A DNA stretch of 46,776 nucleotides from Sphingomonadales bacterium UBA7473 (GTDB lineage Bacteria > Pseudomonadota > Alphaproteobacteria > Sphingomonadales > Sphingomonadaceae): NCBI GenBank assembly GCA_002478575.1, contig DLOX01000003.1, positions 4,261 to 51,036 of the forward strand, read 5' to 3'. The translations under genes were made by a program, and so were the position numbers. The stretch's first letter is position 1, and each line of letters opens with the position of its first letter. Shown here piece by piece: positions 1-8,425 of the stretch. A model generated the notes under the pieces. The model was not told the origin of the DNA, did not search any database, and saw only the letters and a program-made list of their open reading frames with translations.

Positions 1-50
1 TCGAGTCTTCTTGGCCGCACCAGTTCTCTATGTTCTAGGATGAAATCCGC

Positions 51-149
51 CGTCACCCCGGACTTGATCCGGGGTCCATGCCTCCATGTTCAATCTGGCT
101 TGTATGCTGCAAAACGAGGCATGGATTCCGGGTCAAGCCCGGAATGACG
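51..149. repeat. CGTC-type palindromic repeat (REP/RPE-like), family A copy 1
   Basis: CGTCACCCCGGACTTGATCCGGGGTCCATGCCTC-31 nt-GAGGCATGGATTCCGGGTCAAGCCCGGAATGACG; arms nearly identical to 12876..12972. Confidence 0.9.
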
Positions 150-155
150 ACGGTG

Positions 156-2873
156 CTACGGCCCCTGACCCTGCGCGGTCCTTACCGCCGCGGGCCGAAC
201 CGCAACTGCGCCTAGCCGGCCCATCGGTTGACTGCCATCAATCTCAACCCGACCGGAAAGCATCGTCTCAATCCGGACCGCATCAGCTGATGCTTTGGAG
301 ACGCGGATGCTATATTTGCCGTAGGGCACTTTTTCAAAGAGGAAGAAGCCATCGAAATCGGTGCGCGTGCGGGAGACAACGCGGCCGGTTCCATCGAACA
401 GCTCCAGATCCACCCCTTCGATGCCGGTGCCGCTTTCGCGGACCAATGTGCCTTCGACTTCGCCAGCACCCTTTAGGGCCAGTTCAACCGTCGCTGACAC
501 GCCAGGGCGCGGGGTTACCACCACACCGGGTCCAGCGGGCTGCACGAAGGGATCGGGCAAAGAGCCTGCATCAATGCCAATAAGCTGCGCTGAGAAGACC
601 GGCAGCTCATCAATCAGCACTTCGCCATTGGCATCGGTCAAATTTCGGACCGGTGCGGTGCCTGCCGCAAGCTGAATATCCTTCTCCCAAGGCTCATCGG
701 CTTGGCGGATGCCATCGCTATTCACATCGCGGTAGACGCGGGCCAACACTTGGCCTTGGGCGGCAAGACGGTCCGACGTCACGCGCCAGCCTTTGCCTTT
801 GCGGGGATCAGGACCAAAACTAAACGCCAGATTGAGGCCCGCGGCGACAGCACCATCGGTTGCGCCTTCCAGCTGGGCAGTCACTGCGACCTTATCAAAG
901 TGGCGAACATAGCCAATCGCGCCACGACCGCGCTTCAACCCGCGATCATAGCCCAGTTCCGCCCGCCATGTGGCAATCCGATCCACATCACCCTTGCCAG
1001 ACCATTCTGCGGTGACATTGGCGCCTTCAAAGCGCGGCCCGCCAGACAAGCGGAATCGCGTTTCGCCACGCACGCGCACGCGCCCAAAGCGGCCATTGAT
1101 GAGGAATCGACTATCGAGCTGATCGGGAGGGTCAGGACCAACGGGACGGCGATTGCGTTGCCAATCCAACTCACCGGTAATATAGTACCGTCCAAATGTA
1201 GTCGACATGCGGCCCGAGAGATTAAGGCTGGTTTCGCCTTGGCTCCGCTCGGTCAACCGCGCCTCTATATGCGTTGGAACCGTCAAACGGCCCAATTTTA
1301 CGCTATGATCCAGCGAAACCGCATGTTGGCCACGTATGGATCGATCAAATCGGTCTGATCGATAGTCATTCCAAGCCTTTTCGGACGCAAGGCTCACATA
1401 GCTGTCGCCGAATTGACCCAGCATTTGGAATTGCGCAGCAAAGCCTCCCCGGAAGTCCGAAGAGGCACCCACTTCTACCAATGTTGGCCCGATGGCGCGG
1501 CGAATTGCTGCTTCAGCAAAGTTGCGCCGCCCAACTTCTTTCAGGCCCAGGCTGTGCATCGCCAGCATGACCGAGGTTTTGGTGTTCAATCCTCGCTCTA
1601 CGCCAACGGTGCCGCGCCAACGGCCCGTGCCGATCGGCGGCCCTCGGCCCAGCCCCACGAGATCGCGACCATCCTGATTAAAGCCCGCCCAATAATAGGC
1701 AGTGCGCGGCGGGATGGAATCCTGCCCCACAGGAACTTGTTTTTCTTCACGCCGGATCTGACCTTGCGGCCCATAGAGCACAACCTCAAACCGGTTTTGC
1801 CCATAAAGCAAAGGCACATCCAGAAATTCATAGCGGCCATCAGAGCGATCAACCGCAACCGCCATCAGCTGATCATTGCGATAAAGTTCCGCATCCCAAC
1901 CCAAGGGCAATTCGCCCCTGAAATCGGTGCTAGCAAAGCTATCGGGCCGCTCAATCGGGCGATTGGTGACCATCGCGCCGCGACCTGAGGTGGATTTGGC
2001 GACAAGTGTGGTCGCAAAGCCCGAAACATCGCCGGCCGCGACTTGCGTCGCTTTCAACGGGCCAAGCAAGCCGCCTTCGGGATCATTGCGATAGGCCTTG
2101 ACCCTCAAGCTATTAGGCACGCCTCGACGGTCTGAACCTAAGCGCGCATCATAAGCGACCGGACCAACTTCCCCCGCCGCGAAAAGATCATAGCTGACGT
2201 CAAGGCGTTTTTGGCCGTTGGATTGCTTCAAGCCGCCGAGTGAAACCACGGCATCGAAGGATGGAACCTTGATTCCGCGATAGGGCGCACTGCTGTTGGG
2301 TAGATTTTTGAGATCAAATTGGGCGACCGGCCGAATTTTGGCGGCGCGCGCTTTGCGCTCCATCGCCATTTCCACAGGGAGCCGGGTATCCGCCTTGATG
2401 ATCAACAGCGCATTGGACACATCGGGCTTCAGCTGCACGCCAAGCCAGCTCGACAGCCGTGCAGCGGAGACGCACCAGCCTTCGGGCGTGTCATAAACGT
2501 CACCAGAGCGCAGCGCTTCTGATTTGTTCATGATTTGTACTTTAGAAGCTTCTCGATCAAGCACGAAGGTGCGGCTTTCGTTGAAAGCCCAGCCGGTTGC
2601 GCGGCGCAACTTCTTGTCGAGACGGATCGGCACATCAAGCGCCATGATCATATCAGCGAGATCAACGCACACGCCTTGGGGGGTTTGATAGCCCCGTACG
2701 CCATCGCCCAATCGATATTGCGATAAGCGCACATCGAAGAGCAGCGCATCATCATCGCTTGCTTGCCAGCTATTGCCTTCGCCACCGCTTGTTGCAGGCG
2801 CAGCAAAGCCCTCGCCAGCGGAGACGGTAGCAAGGGCTAATGCTGTACCAGCCAAAGAGATTAAGCGGCGCAT
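156..2873 (-). CDS. Divergent outer-membrane usher-like protein of a chaperone-usher pilus system
   Basis: 905 aa with signal peptide, amphipathic beta-strand pattern, plug-like segment (AELYRNDQL...YEFLDVPLLYGQNRFEVVLYGPQG), C-terminal Ig/carboxypeptidase-regulatory-like repeats; next to chaperone and pilin genes. Confidence 0.7.
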   Translation of the reverse strand: MRRLISLAGTALALATVSAGEGFAAPATSGGEGNSWQASDDDALLFDVRLSQYRLGDGVRGYQTPQGVCVDLADMIMALDVPIRLDKKLRRATGWAFNESRTFVLDREASKVQIMNKSEALRSGDVYDTPEGWCVSAARLSSWLGVQLKPDVSNALLIIKADTRLPVEMAMERKARAAKIRPVAQFDLKNLPNSSAPYRGIKVPSFDAVVSLGGLKQSNGQKRLDVSYDLFAAGEVGPVAYDARLGSDRRGVPNSLRVKAYRNDPEGGLLGPLKATQVAAGDVSGFATTLVAKSTSGRGAMVTNRPIERPDSFASTDFRGELPLGWDAELYRNDQLMAVAVDRSDGRYEFLDVPLLYGQNRFEVVLYGPQGQIRREEKQVPVGQDSIPPRTAYYWAGFNQDGRDLVGLGRGPPIGTGRWRGTVGVERGLNTKTSVMLAMHSLGLKEVGRRNFAEAAIRRAIGPTLVEVGASSDFRGGFAAQFQMLGQFGDSYVSLASEKAWNDYRSDRFDRSIRGQHAVSLDHSVKLGRLTVPTHIEARLTERSQGETSLNLSGRMSTTFGRYYITGELDWQRNRRPVGPDPPDQLDSRFLINGRFGRVRVRGETRFRLSGGPRFEGANVTAEWSGKGDVDRIATWRAELGYDRGLKRGRGAIGYVRHFDKVAVTAQLEGATDGAVAAGLNLAFSFGPDPRKGKGWRVTSDRLAAQGQVLARVYRDVNSDGIRQADEPWEKDIQLAAGTAPVRNLTDANGEVLIDELPVFSAQLIGIDAGSLPDPFVQPAGPGVVVTPRPGVSATVELALKGAGEVEGTLVRESGTGIEGVDLELFDGTGRVVSRTRTDFDGFFLFEKVPYGKYSIRVSKASADAVRIETMLSGRVEIDGSQPMGRLGAVAVRPAAVRTAQGQGP

Positions 2874-2909
2874 GGCGCGATGCGTTTCGGCTCTAAGCCT
2901 TTGATTTCT

Positions 2910-3719
2910 TTACCGAAGAACCGTTTTCAGTTCGGCGATGACCTTGCTTCCTGCATCGCTTTCTTCGACATATTGGATCGTCACAGGCCCCTTGAGAGCC
3001 ACAGCCAATTCTGGCGGCATATCAAGATTGACCTTCCGCTCGGTCACTTCAGGATAAACGGCGACGCCCTTTGCTTCATAGGCGGGTTTCGATTCTCCAG
3101 CCTTCAGCACTCGGATCGTGCCATAGGTTGATCGGGTCCCGGTCCGTGCCAAAGTGAGGTTCAGCATGCTGCTGTCTTCAGTCGTCACGATTTGCGCATT
3201 GGACATGCTTGCTGTGGCTGACAAATTGCCCTGGCGAACGATGACGGGAATGGTGACGCCGTAGATGGGGGTCAACGCAATGGATAGGTTTTGCTGATCA
3301 TCAGGCTTTTCAGTGACGGCCTTTGCTTCGGGAATGGCCCGGAACAGCATATGGGCGCGATATTCACCGTCTGCCAGGCCTTGCGGCGCTCGAATGCCGA
3401 TGCGGATTGCTTGCGGCTGATTGGGCAGAAGGGTGATCCGGCGCGGCGCATAAGAAATGATCGCAACCGATTTCGTCTCAACCTCATTGGCCGCGGTCGG
3501 CTCAACATCGTCCAGAACCCCTTCAGGCGTCATCCGCCGAAGCTCAAGCGAAACGCGGTAAGTGGCCGGTTCGGCACCAATATTGTTGAGAATGACTTCG
3601 GTTCCGCGCGCGCCATCGAGCACAATGCGCGTTGGCGCAACCAGCAAGTCACCGGTGGCGGCCTGAGCTGTTGCCCCAAAAAGCGCCGGAACAAGCGCGA
3701 AAAGCCGGATGAACCGCAT
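2910..3719 (-). CDS. Periplasmic pilus assembly chaperone (PapD-like)
   Basis: Signal peptide, GDLLVAPTRIVL and YAPRRITLLPNQPQAIRI PapD-N-like motifs; ATG 3719 preceded by GGAGG. Confidence 0.8.
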   Translation of the reverse strand: MRFIRLFALVPALFGATAQAATGDLLVAPTRIVLDGARGTEVILNNIGAEPATYRVSLELRRMTPEGVLDDVEPTAANEVETKSVAIISYAPRRITLLPNQPQAIRIGIRAPQGLADGEYRAHMLFRAIPEAKAVTEKPDDQQNLSIALTPIYGVTIPVIVRQGNLSATASMSNAQIVTTEDSSMLNLTLARTGTRSTYGTIRVLKAGESKPAYEAKGVAVYPEVTERKVNLDMPPELAVALKGPVTIQYVEESDAGSKVIAELKTVLR

Positions 3720-3830
3720 CCCAAATCCTCCTGAAGAGGCAAATCGCCCCATATAGGAGGAAGATACATCCGACATGGTTGATATTTTGCTAAGCATGGC
3801 AGGATCAAAAAAGCCCATCAGCCAGAATAG

Positions 3831-3862
3831 AAAAGGGACTCGCCGGCGCACCAGCGAGTCCC
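3831..3862 (-). terminator. Rho-independent terminator after the major pilin gene
   Basis: Minus strand GGGACTCGCTGG-TGCG-CCGGCGAGTCCC followed by TTTT. Confidence 0.75.
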
Positions 3863-3891
3863 CTGTTCGTTACCAGTTTGGCCGATTGGGC

Positions 3892-4404
3892 TTACTGATA
3901 GTTTACGGTCACGTTGAACGTGCCTTGATATCCACCGGCAGCTTGCGTGTTCGCTACGGTCAAAATGCCGCCAGCTGTAAAGGTCGCTCCGCCCGTTGCG
4001 CTCAGAGTTGCCGTCGGTACGCTCGTTGACAGCGTAGCTGACATAGAAGCACCACCAGCAGTTGGCGTGACGCGGTTCAAAGTCACCGATGGATCAATCG
4101 AAATGCCAACCAGCTGGTTTGGAGCACCAGCGATGGTGAACGCTGCAGACTTTGCAGATGCCGAGCAAACGAGGCCCGAACCGCAAGTGCGGTTGTCGGT
4201 GTTGCCAACGGTCACGGTGCCGCCGCTGGTGCCAATGGCGATCGTGCCGAAATCAAGATCAAAATCCTTGGTAACGGAAACTTGCGTCAGAATGTTTGCA
4301 GAAGCCGTTGCAGAAGCCGTTGCAGCTTGAGCAGTTGTGCCAGCAAAGGCAGCGGCAGCGAATACGGAGCCGACGAGCGCGGCCTTGAAAGTACGAATGG
4401 TCAT
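3892..4404 (-). CDS. DUF4402-like pilin, probable major subunit
   Basis: Signal peptide, Ala/Thr/Gly-rich, DLDFGTI motif, Cys pair, C-terminal GGYQGTFNVTVNYQ strand; followed by its own terminator. Confidence 0.8.
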   Translation of the reverse strand: MTIRTFKAALVGSVFAAAAFAGTTAQAATASATASANILTQVSVTKDFDLDFGTIAIGTSGGTVTVGNTDNRTCGSGLVCSASAKSAAFTIAGAPNQLVGISIDPSVTLNRVTPTAGGASMSATLSTSVPTATLSATGGATFTAGGILTVANTQAAGGYQGTFNVTVNYQ

Positions 4405-4538
4405 CTAAATGGTCCCCTAGAACAAAACTTCAGTCCCGAACGGTGACTTTTCCCCCGTTCTGGACCCCCTTCTGTCCGAAATGGTTTCACATAATGCTGA
4501 CACTCAAAGTTAACGCGCTGTTTGGATTCGGCGGGCAA

Positions 4539-5048
4539 TCACTCATAATCGACGGAAATCGGCACTGATCCGCGCACAGTGCCGGATATTGCCGCATTAA
4601 CAACCAAGCGGCCGCCGAACGAAAAGCTCAAACGACCGTTCGAATCGAATCGGGGTTGCGCAGGCGCATCTGTCTCCAAATCCACCACTTCGGCTTGCCC
4701 GCCATGGGCGGAACGCAAGGTAACACGGTGCGGTAAGCTGATCCGGACGGGCGCAAGGGGTTGGCCCGTAACTCTCACCGTGCCGCGCAAAGCCATTCCG
4801 CCGAGATCCGCCAATCCTCCGATCACACGCCGTTGGCCGGATTTGGGATCAAGCACAACCGAACCGGAAGGAGCGGTTTTCGCAACGCGGCTAAAATCCA
4901 ATGCCGATTCTATTTCGATCCGAATCGGAAGGCGCGGTTCCGCTGGCTCTGCTTTGGTGGTGGGCGCATCGCAAAGCAGACAGGGTGGTTCAGCAACCAG
5001 TGGCGCGGGAATCCCGGCCAAGAACAAGGCGATACACACGCGGTTCAT
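4539..5048 (-). CDS. Second DUF4402-like pilin (minor subunit) with N-terminal CxxC
   Basis: Signal peptide, CLLC, ALDFSRV, C-terminal GTVRGSVPISVDYE resembling the neighbouring pilin. Confidence 0.7.
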   Translation of the reverse strand: MNRVCIALFLAGIPAPLVAEPPCLLCDAPTTKAEPAEPRLPIRIEIESALDFSRVAKTAPSGSVVLDPKSGQRRVIGGLADLGGMALRGTVRVTGQPLAPVRISLPHRVTLRSAHGGQAEVVDLETDAPAQPRFDSNGRLSFSFGGRLVVNAAISGTVRGSVPISVDYE

Positions 5049-5073
5049 AGCCCAAGTCTATAATGACGGCCTC

Positions 5074-5089
5074 TCAACAATCTGTTAAC
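5074..5089. promoter_or_regulatory. CtrA-box-like site in the divergent pilin/PKS intergenic region
   Basis: TCAA-N7-TTAAC, one mismatch to TTAA-N7-TTAAC. Confidence 0.4.
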
Positions 5090-5137
5090 CAGCATGCAAG
5101 GGTCGCTGCTTTGCCTTGCGCCCCATTGGAACCCTGT

Positions 5138-6205
5138 GTGACTCAAACCATCCCGCGCATTGCCGCCATTGGCACCGCAAACCCAAATCACGATATTCAC
5201 AACGCCTTCATTGAATGGGCCGGAGCGCAACTGAAGGACCGGCGAGAGAAAGCGATTTTCAACCGTATGGCGAGCCGCAGCGGCATAGATCATCGCTGGT
5301 CTGTGCTTCCCCCTACAGCAGAAGGCGGATCGCCTGTTGCACCCGGTGGATTTTACGCCACCGATCCGCTTCCGCCGACATCGAGCCGAATGCAGCTTTA
5401 TGGCGAGCGCGCGCCTGACCTAGCTATGGACGCGATTGCCGCGCTTGACGCTGACTTATCAGGCATCACGCATTTGGTGGTGGCGAGCTGCACAGGCTTT
5501 GTCGCGCCGGGGATTGATCAAATCTTGGCGAAGCGGCTCGGCCTCTCGGGATCCGTCGAGCGGCTGCTTATCGGGTTTATGGGATGCTATGCCGGGGTAA
5601 CGGCGCTGCGCACCGCTGGGCATATTGTTCGCTCTCAACCTGAGGCACGGGTGCTGGTCGTAACGGTTGAGCTTTCAACACTCCATCTTCAGCCGGTCGA
5701 CGCGCTGGAGCCTTTGCTGGCGATGCTCCATTTTGGCGATGGTGCGGCGGCGGCGCTGGTCACGGGTGAAGGCGCTGGCTTGGGCCTTGGCCAATCCATT
5801 GTGGCGACGCTCCCTGATTCAGAAGCACTCATCCAATGGCATATTGGCGATACCGGCTTCGCGATGCACTTGTCGGGCGCGGTTCCCGGACGGATTGAAG
5901 CTGCCCTTAAAGAGCCAGAGATGAGGGCCTTGCTCACGGGTAACGAAACCATCGAAGGCTGGGCGGTTCACGCAGGCGGGCGAACAATCCTTGATGCAGT
6001 CGAAGCAGGCTTGGACCTTCCCAAAGATGCTCTTGCCCCCTCCCGGCAAGTGCTGGCTGACTTTGGCAATATGTCGTCTGCGACATTGCTCTTCGCTTTG
6101 AAGGCCTTGATGGCGAACAAGCCGAAGCGTGGCGTGGCGCTGGCCTTCGGTCCGGGCTTGGCGGCCGAAGGGCTTCGGCTCCATTGGGTCGATGATGCTC
6201 GCTAA
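5138..6205 (+). CDS. Type III polyketide synthase (chalcone/stilbene synthase family)
   Basis: Cys-His-Asn triad motifs GFMGCYAG, WAVHAGG, GNMSS, plus FGDGAAA and AFGPGL; probable GTG start 5138. Confidence 0.93.
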   Translation: MTQTIPRIAAIGTANPNHDIHNAFIEWAGAQLKDRREKAIFNRMASRSGIDHRWSVLPPTAEGGSPVAPGGFYATDPLPPTSSRMQLYGERAPDLAMDAIAALDADLSGITHLVVASCTGFVAPGIDQILAKRLGLSGSVERLLIGFMGCYAGVTALRTAGHIVRSQPEARVLVVTVELSTLHLQPVDALEPLLAMLHFGDGAAAALVTGEGAGLGLGQSIVATLPDSEALIQWHIGDTGFAMHLSGAVPGRIEAALKEPEMRALLTGNETIEGWAVHAGGRTILDAVEAGLDLPKDALAPSRQVLADFGNMSSATLLFALKALMANKPKRGVALAFGPGLAAEGLRLHWVDDAR

Positions 6206-6887
6206 GCGCTCCCTTCAAGAAGAGCAGATGGACGCGGCAGAGCTTGACCCCGTGGTCTATGCCAGCGTCCTCAAAGACCTCGCCAAGGTCAATCGGATCA
6301 CAATGGCGCACCGCGCTACCTTGGGATTCCTTGATAAGGTTTTTGCGCACAACCCCGGCAAGACCATCCGCATCTTAGATGTCGGTTTTGGCGAAGGCGA
6401 TCTGCTGCGAAATATTGCCCGCCATGCCACAAAGCGCGGCGGGACCGTCGCGCTGACCGGAATTGATCTCAACCCCAAAAGCATAGCCGCGGCCAAGGCT
6501 TCGACACCGGAGGCGATGAACATCCGCTATCTGGCAGGGGACTATGCCGATCTGGCAGGTGAAGGCTGGGATGTGATCCTTTCCAGCCTTGTCGTCCATC
6601 ATATGAGCCATGATCAGCTCATCCTATTCTTGCGCTTCATGGAGCATGAAGGGCGGATGGGCTGGCATATCAATGATCTGCACCGCCATGGCTTTGCTTA
6701 TTTTGGCTATCCTTTGCTTGCCCGGATCATGGGATGGCACCGGATTGTCCGCGAAGATGGGCAACTCTCTATCGCTCGATCTTATCGCCCTGCCGAATGG
6801 CCCCCTTTGCTTGCCGAAGCAGGCATCAACGAGGCCCGCGCCGTCCGCATTTTCCCGTTCCGGCTATGCGTCGAACGTCTCCGCTAA
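6192..6887 (+). CDS. SAM-dependent methyltransferase
   Basis: ILDVGFGEG motif I, LTGIDL; overlaps the PKS stop. Confidence 0.88.
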   Translation: MMLAKRSLQEEQMDAAELDPVVYASVLKDLAKVNRITMAHRATLGFLDKVFAHNPGKTIRILDVGFGEGDLLRNIARHATKRGGTVALTGIDLNPKSIAAAKASTPEAMNIRYLAGDYADLAGEGWDVILSSLVVHHMSHDQLILFLRFMEHEGRMGWHINDLHRHGFAYFGYPLLARIMGWHRIVREDGQLSIARSYRPAEWPPLLAEAGINEARAVRIFPFRLCVERLR

Positions 6888-7957
6888 TCCTTGGCGCAGG
6901 TCCGGCTGGGACAGCGGCCGCGATCCGACTGGCGCAGGGTGGTGCACAACCGCTCATCCTTGAAGCGCAGGTCGAAAAGGGTGACGCCATCTGCGGCGGT
7001 TTTATCAGTTGGCGGACGATCCAATCCTTGGAAGCGCTGGGACTTGCGGCGGATGATCTGCCCGGCCATCCCGTTTCTCGCGTCACACTTTTCTGCGGGA
7101 ACTCCGTCGGAGAAACGCCTCTGCCCGCGCAAGCCATGGGCATTTCACGCTACCTGTTAGATCGAATGTTGATTGACCGCGCGGTTTCGGCTGGCGCCGG
7201 TATCGAAATGGGGGTCGCGGCCAAGGCGCTTCATGAGGATGGAAGCCTGTCCCTCAAAGACGGCACAACCCTGGCGCCTGAAAGCCTGTTCGTCGCGACC
7301 GGCAAGCATGATCTGCGCGGATTGGGCAGAGGGCGTTTTGACGATCCAGCCGTTGGCATCCGCGTGCGCCTTTCTCCTCACGCGACCCTAGGCCGTTTGG
7401 TTGGCGGTGCCATTGAGCTGCACTTGTTTGAAGGCGGCTATGCGGGGTTGATGCTGCAAGAGGATGGCAGCGGCAATCTCTGCATGGCGGTCCGCAAATC
7501 ACGATTGGCGAACGCAGGCGGATCACCCCAGGCTTTGCTGTCTGTCCTTGGCGAGGCTCACCCTCATTTGGCCGAACGTCTGGCCTTTCTGCCGAGTGAC
7601 GCAAGCATCGATGCCATCGCCGCCATTCCCTACGGCTGGCGGACAAGCGAGACACGACCCGGCCAGTTCCGCTTGGGCGATCAAGCGGCCTGCATCCCCT
7701 CGCTTGCTGGGGAAGGCAATGGCCTAGCGCTCGCAAGCGGCATTCGCGCAGCAGAGGCTTGGCTGGACGGCGGGGCAACAGCCTCTTGCGACTATCAGCG
7801 CCGCTTTGCCGATGCGACATGGCGGCCCGTCAGCGCCGCACGCACTCTTTGGCATTTGGCAGAAAGCGAAGGCAGCGGGAAGTTTCTCATCAAAGCCACG
7901 CAATCCGCGCCTTTCCTTGCCAAAGTTGCGGCGAGCCTCACGCGCATTGGCCATTGA
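6866..7957 (+). CDS. FAD-dependent oxidoreductase/monooxygenase (geranylgeranyl-reductase-like)
   Basis: GAGPAG, ICGGFIS and [15 protein letters not shown] motifs; overlaps the methyltransferase. Confidence 0.88.
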   Translation: MRRTSPLILGAGPAGTAAAIRLAQGGAQPLILEAQVEKGDAICGGFISWRTIQSLEALGLAADDLPGHPVSRVTLFCGNSVGETPLPAQAMGISRYLLDRMLIDRAVSAGAGIEMGVAAKALHEDGSLSLKDGTTLAPESLFVATGKHDLRGLGRGRFDDPAVGIRVRLSPHATLGRLVGGAIELHLFEGGYAGLMLQEDGSGNLCMAVRKSRLANAGGSPQALLSVLGEAHPHLAERLAFLPSDASIDAIAAIPYGWRTSETRPGQFRLGDQAACIPSLAGEGNGLALASGIRAAEAWLDGGATASCDYQRRFADATWRPVSAARTLWHLAESEGSGKFLIKATQSAPFLAKVAASLTRIGH

Positions 7958-7988
7958 ACTCCGCCCGCAGAAAGGCCACATTACGCCT

Positions 7989-8384
7989 ATGGAAAAGATC
8001 ATCCTCACCGAATCCGAATGGCGGGATCGCCTGACGCCAGAACAATATCATGTGCTGCGCGAAGCCGGCACGGAGCGGGCCTTCGCGGGGAGTTATACCT
8101 ATAACAAGGACACGGGGATCTATGATTGCGCAGGCTGCGGCGCGTCTTTGTTTCACAGCGATACTAAATATGACAGCGGTTCTGGCTGGCCTGCCTTCAC
8201 GCGTCCCGTAAGCGAAGATGCCGTCACGGAGCACCGGGACATCAGCTATGGCATGGTTCGGGTCGAAGTGCGCTGCGCCCGGTGTGACGGCCATTTGGGC
8301 CATGTTTTCCCGGATGGCCCGCCTGAAGACACGGGTCTGCGCTATTGCATCAACAGTCTTGCACTGGATTTTGACGGGAACTGA
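7989..8384 (+). CDS. msrB: Peptide-methionine (R)-S-oxide reductase
   Basis: [31 protein letters not shown]. Confidence 0.96.
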   Translation: MEKIILTESEWRDRLTPEQYHVLREAGTERAFAGSYTYNKDTGIYDCAGCGASLFHSDTKYDSGSGWPAFTRPVSEDAVTEHRDISYGMVRVEVRCARCDGHLGHVFPDGPPEDTGLRYCINSLALDFDGN

Positions 8385-8425
8385 ACTTGTGCCCGAGTCG
8401 GCGGAGGCCTAAAGCCCATTAGATA

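Noticed and set aside
23-35. GTTC-N5-GTTC as a LexA box
   Set aside because: The alphaproteobacterial SOS box needs N7 spacing, and the adjacent gene is outside the window
86-583. 165-aa plus-strand ORF
   Set aside because: Starts inside a palindromic repeat (WIPGQARND is repeat-derived) and is antisense to the usher gene
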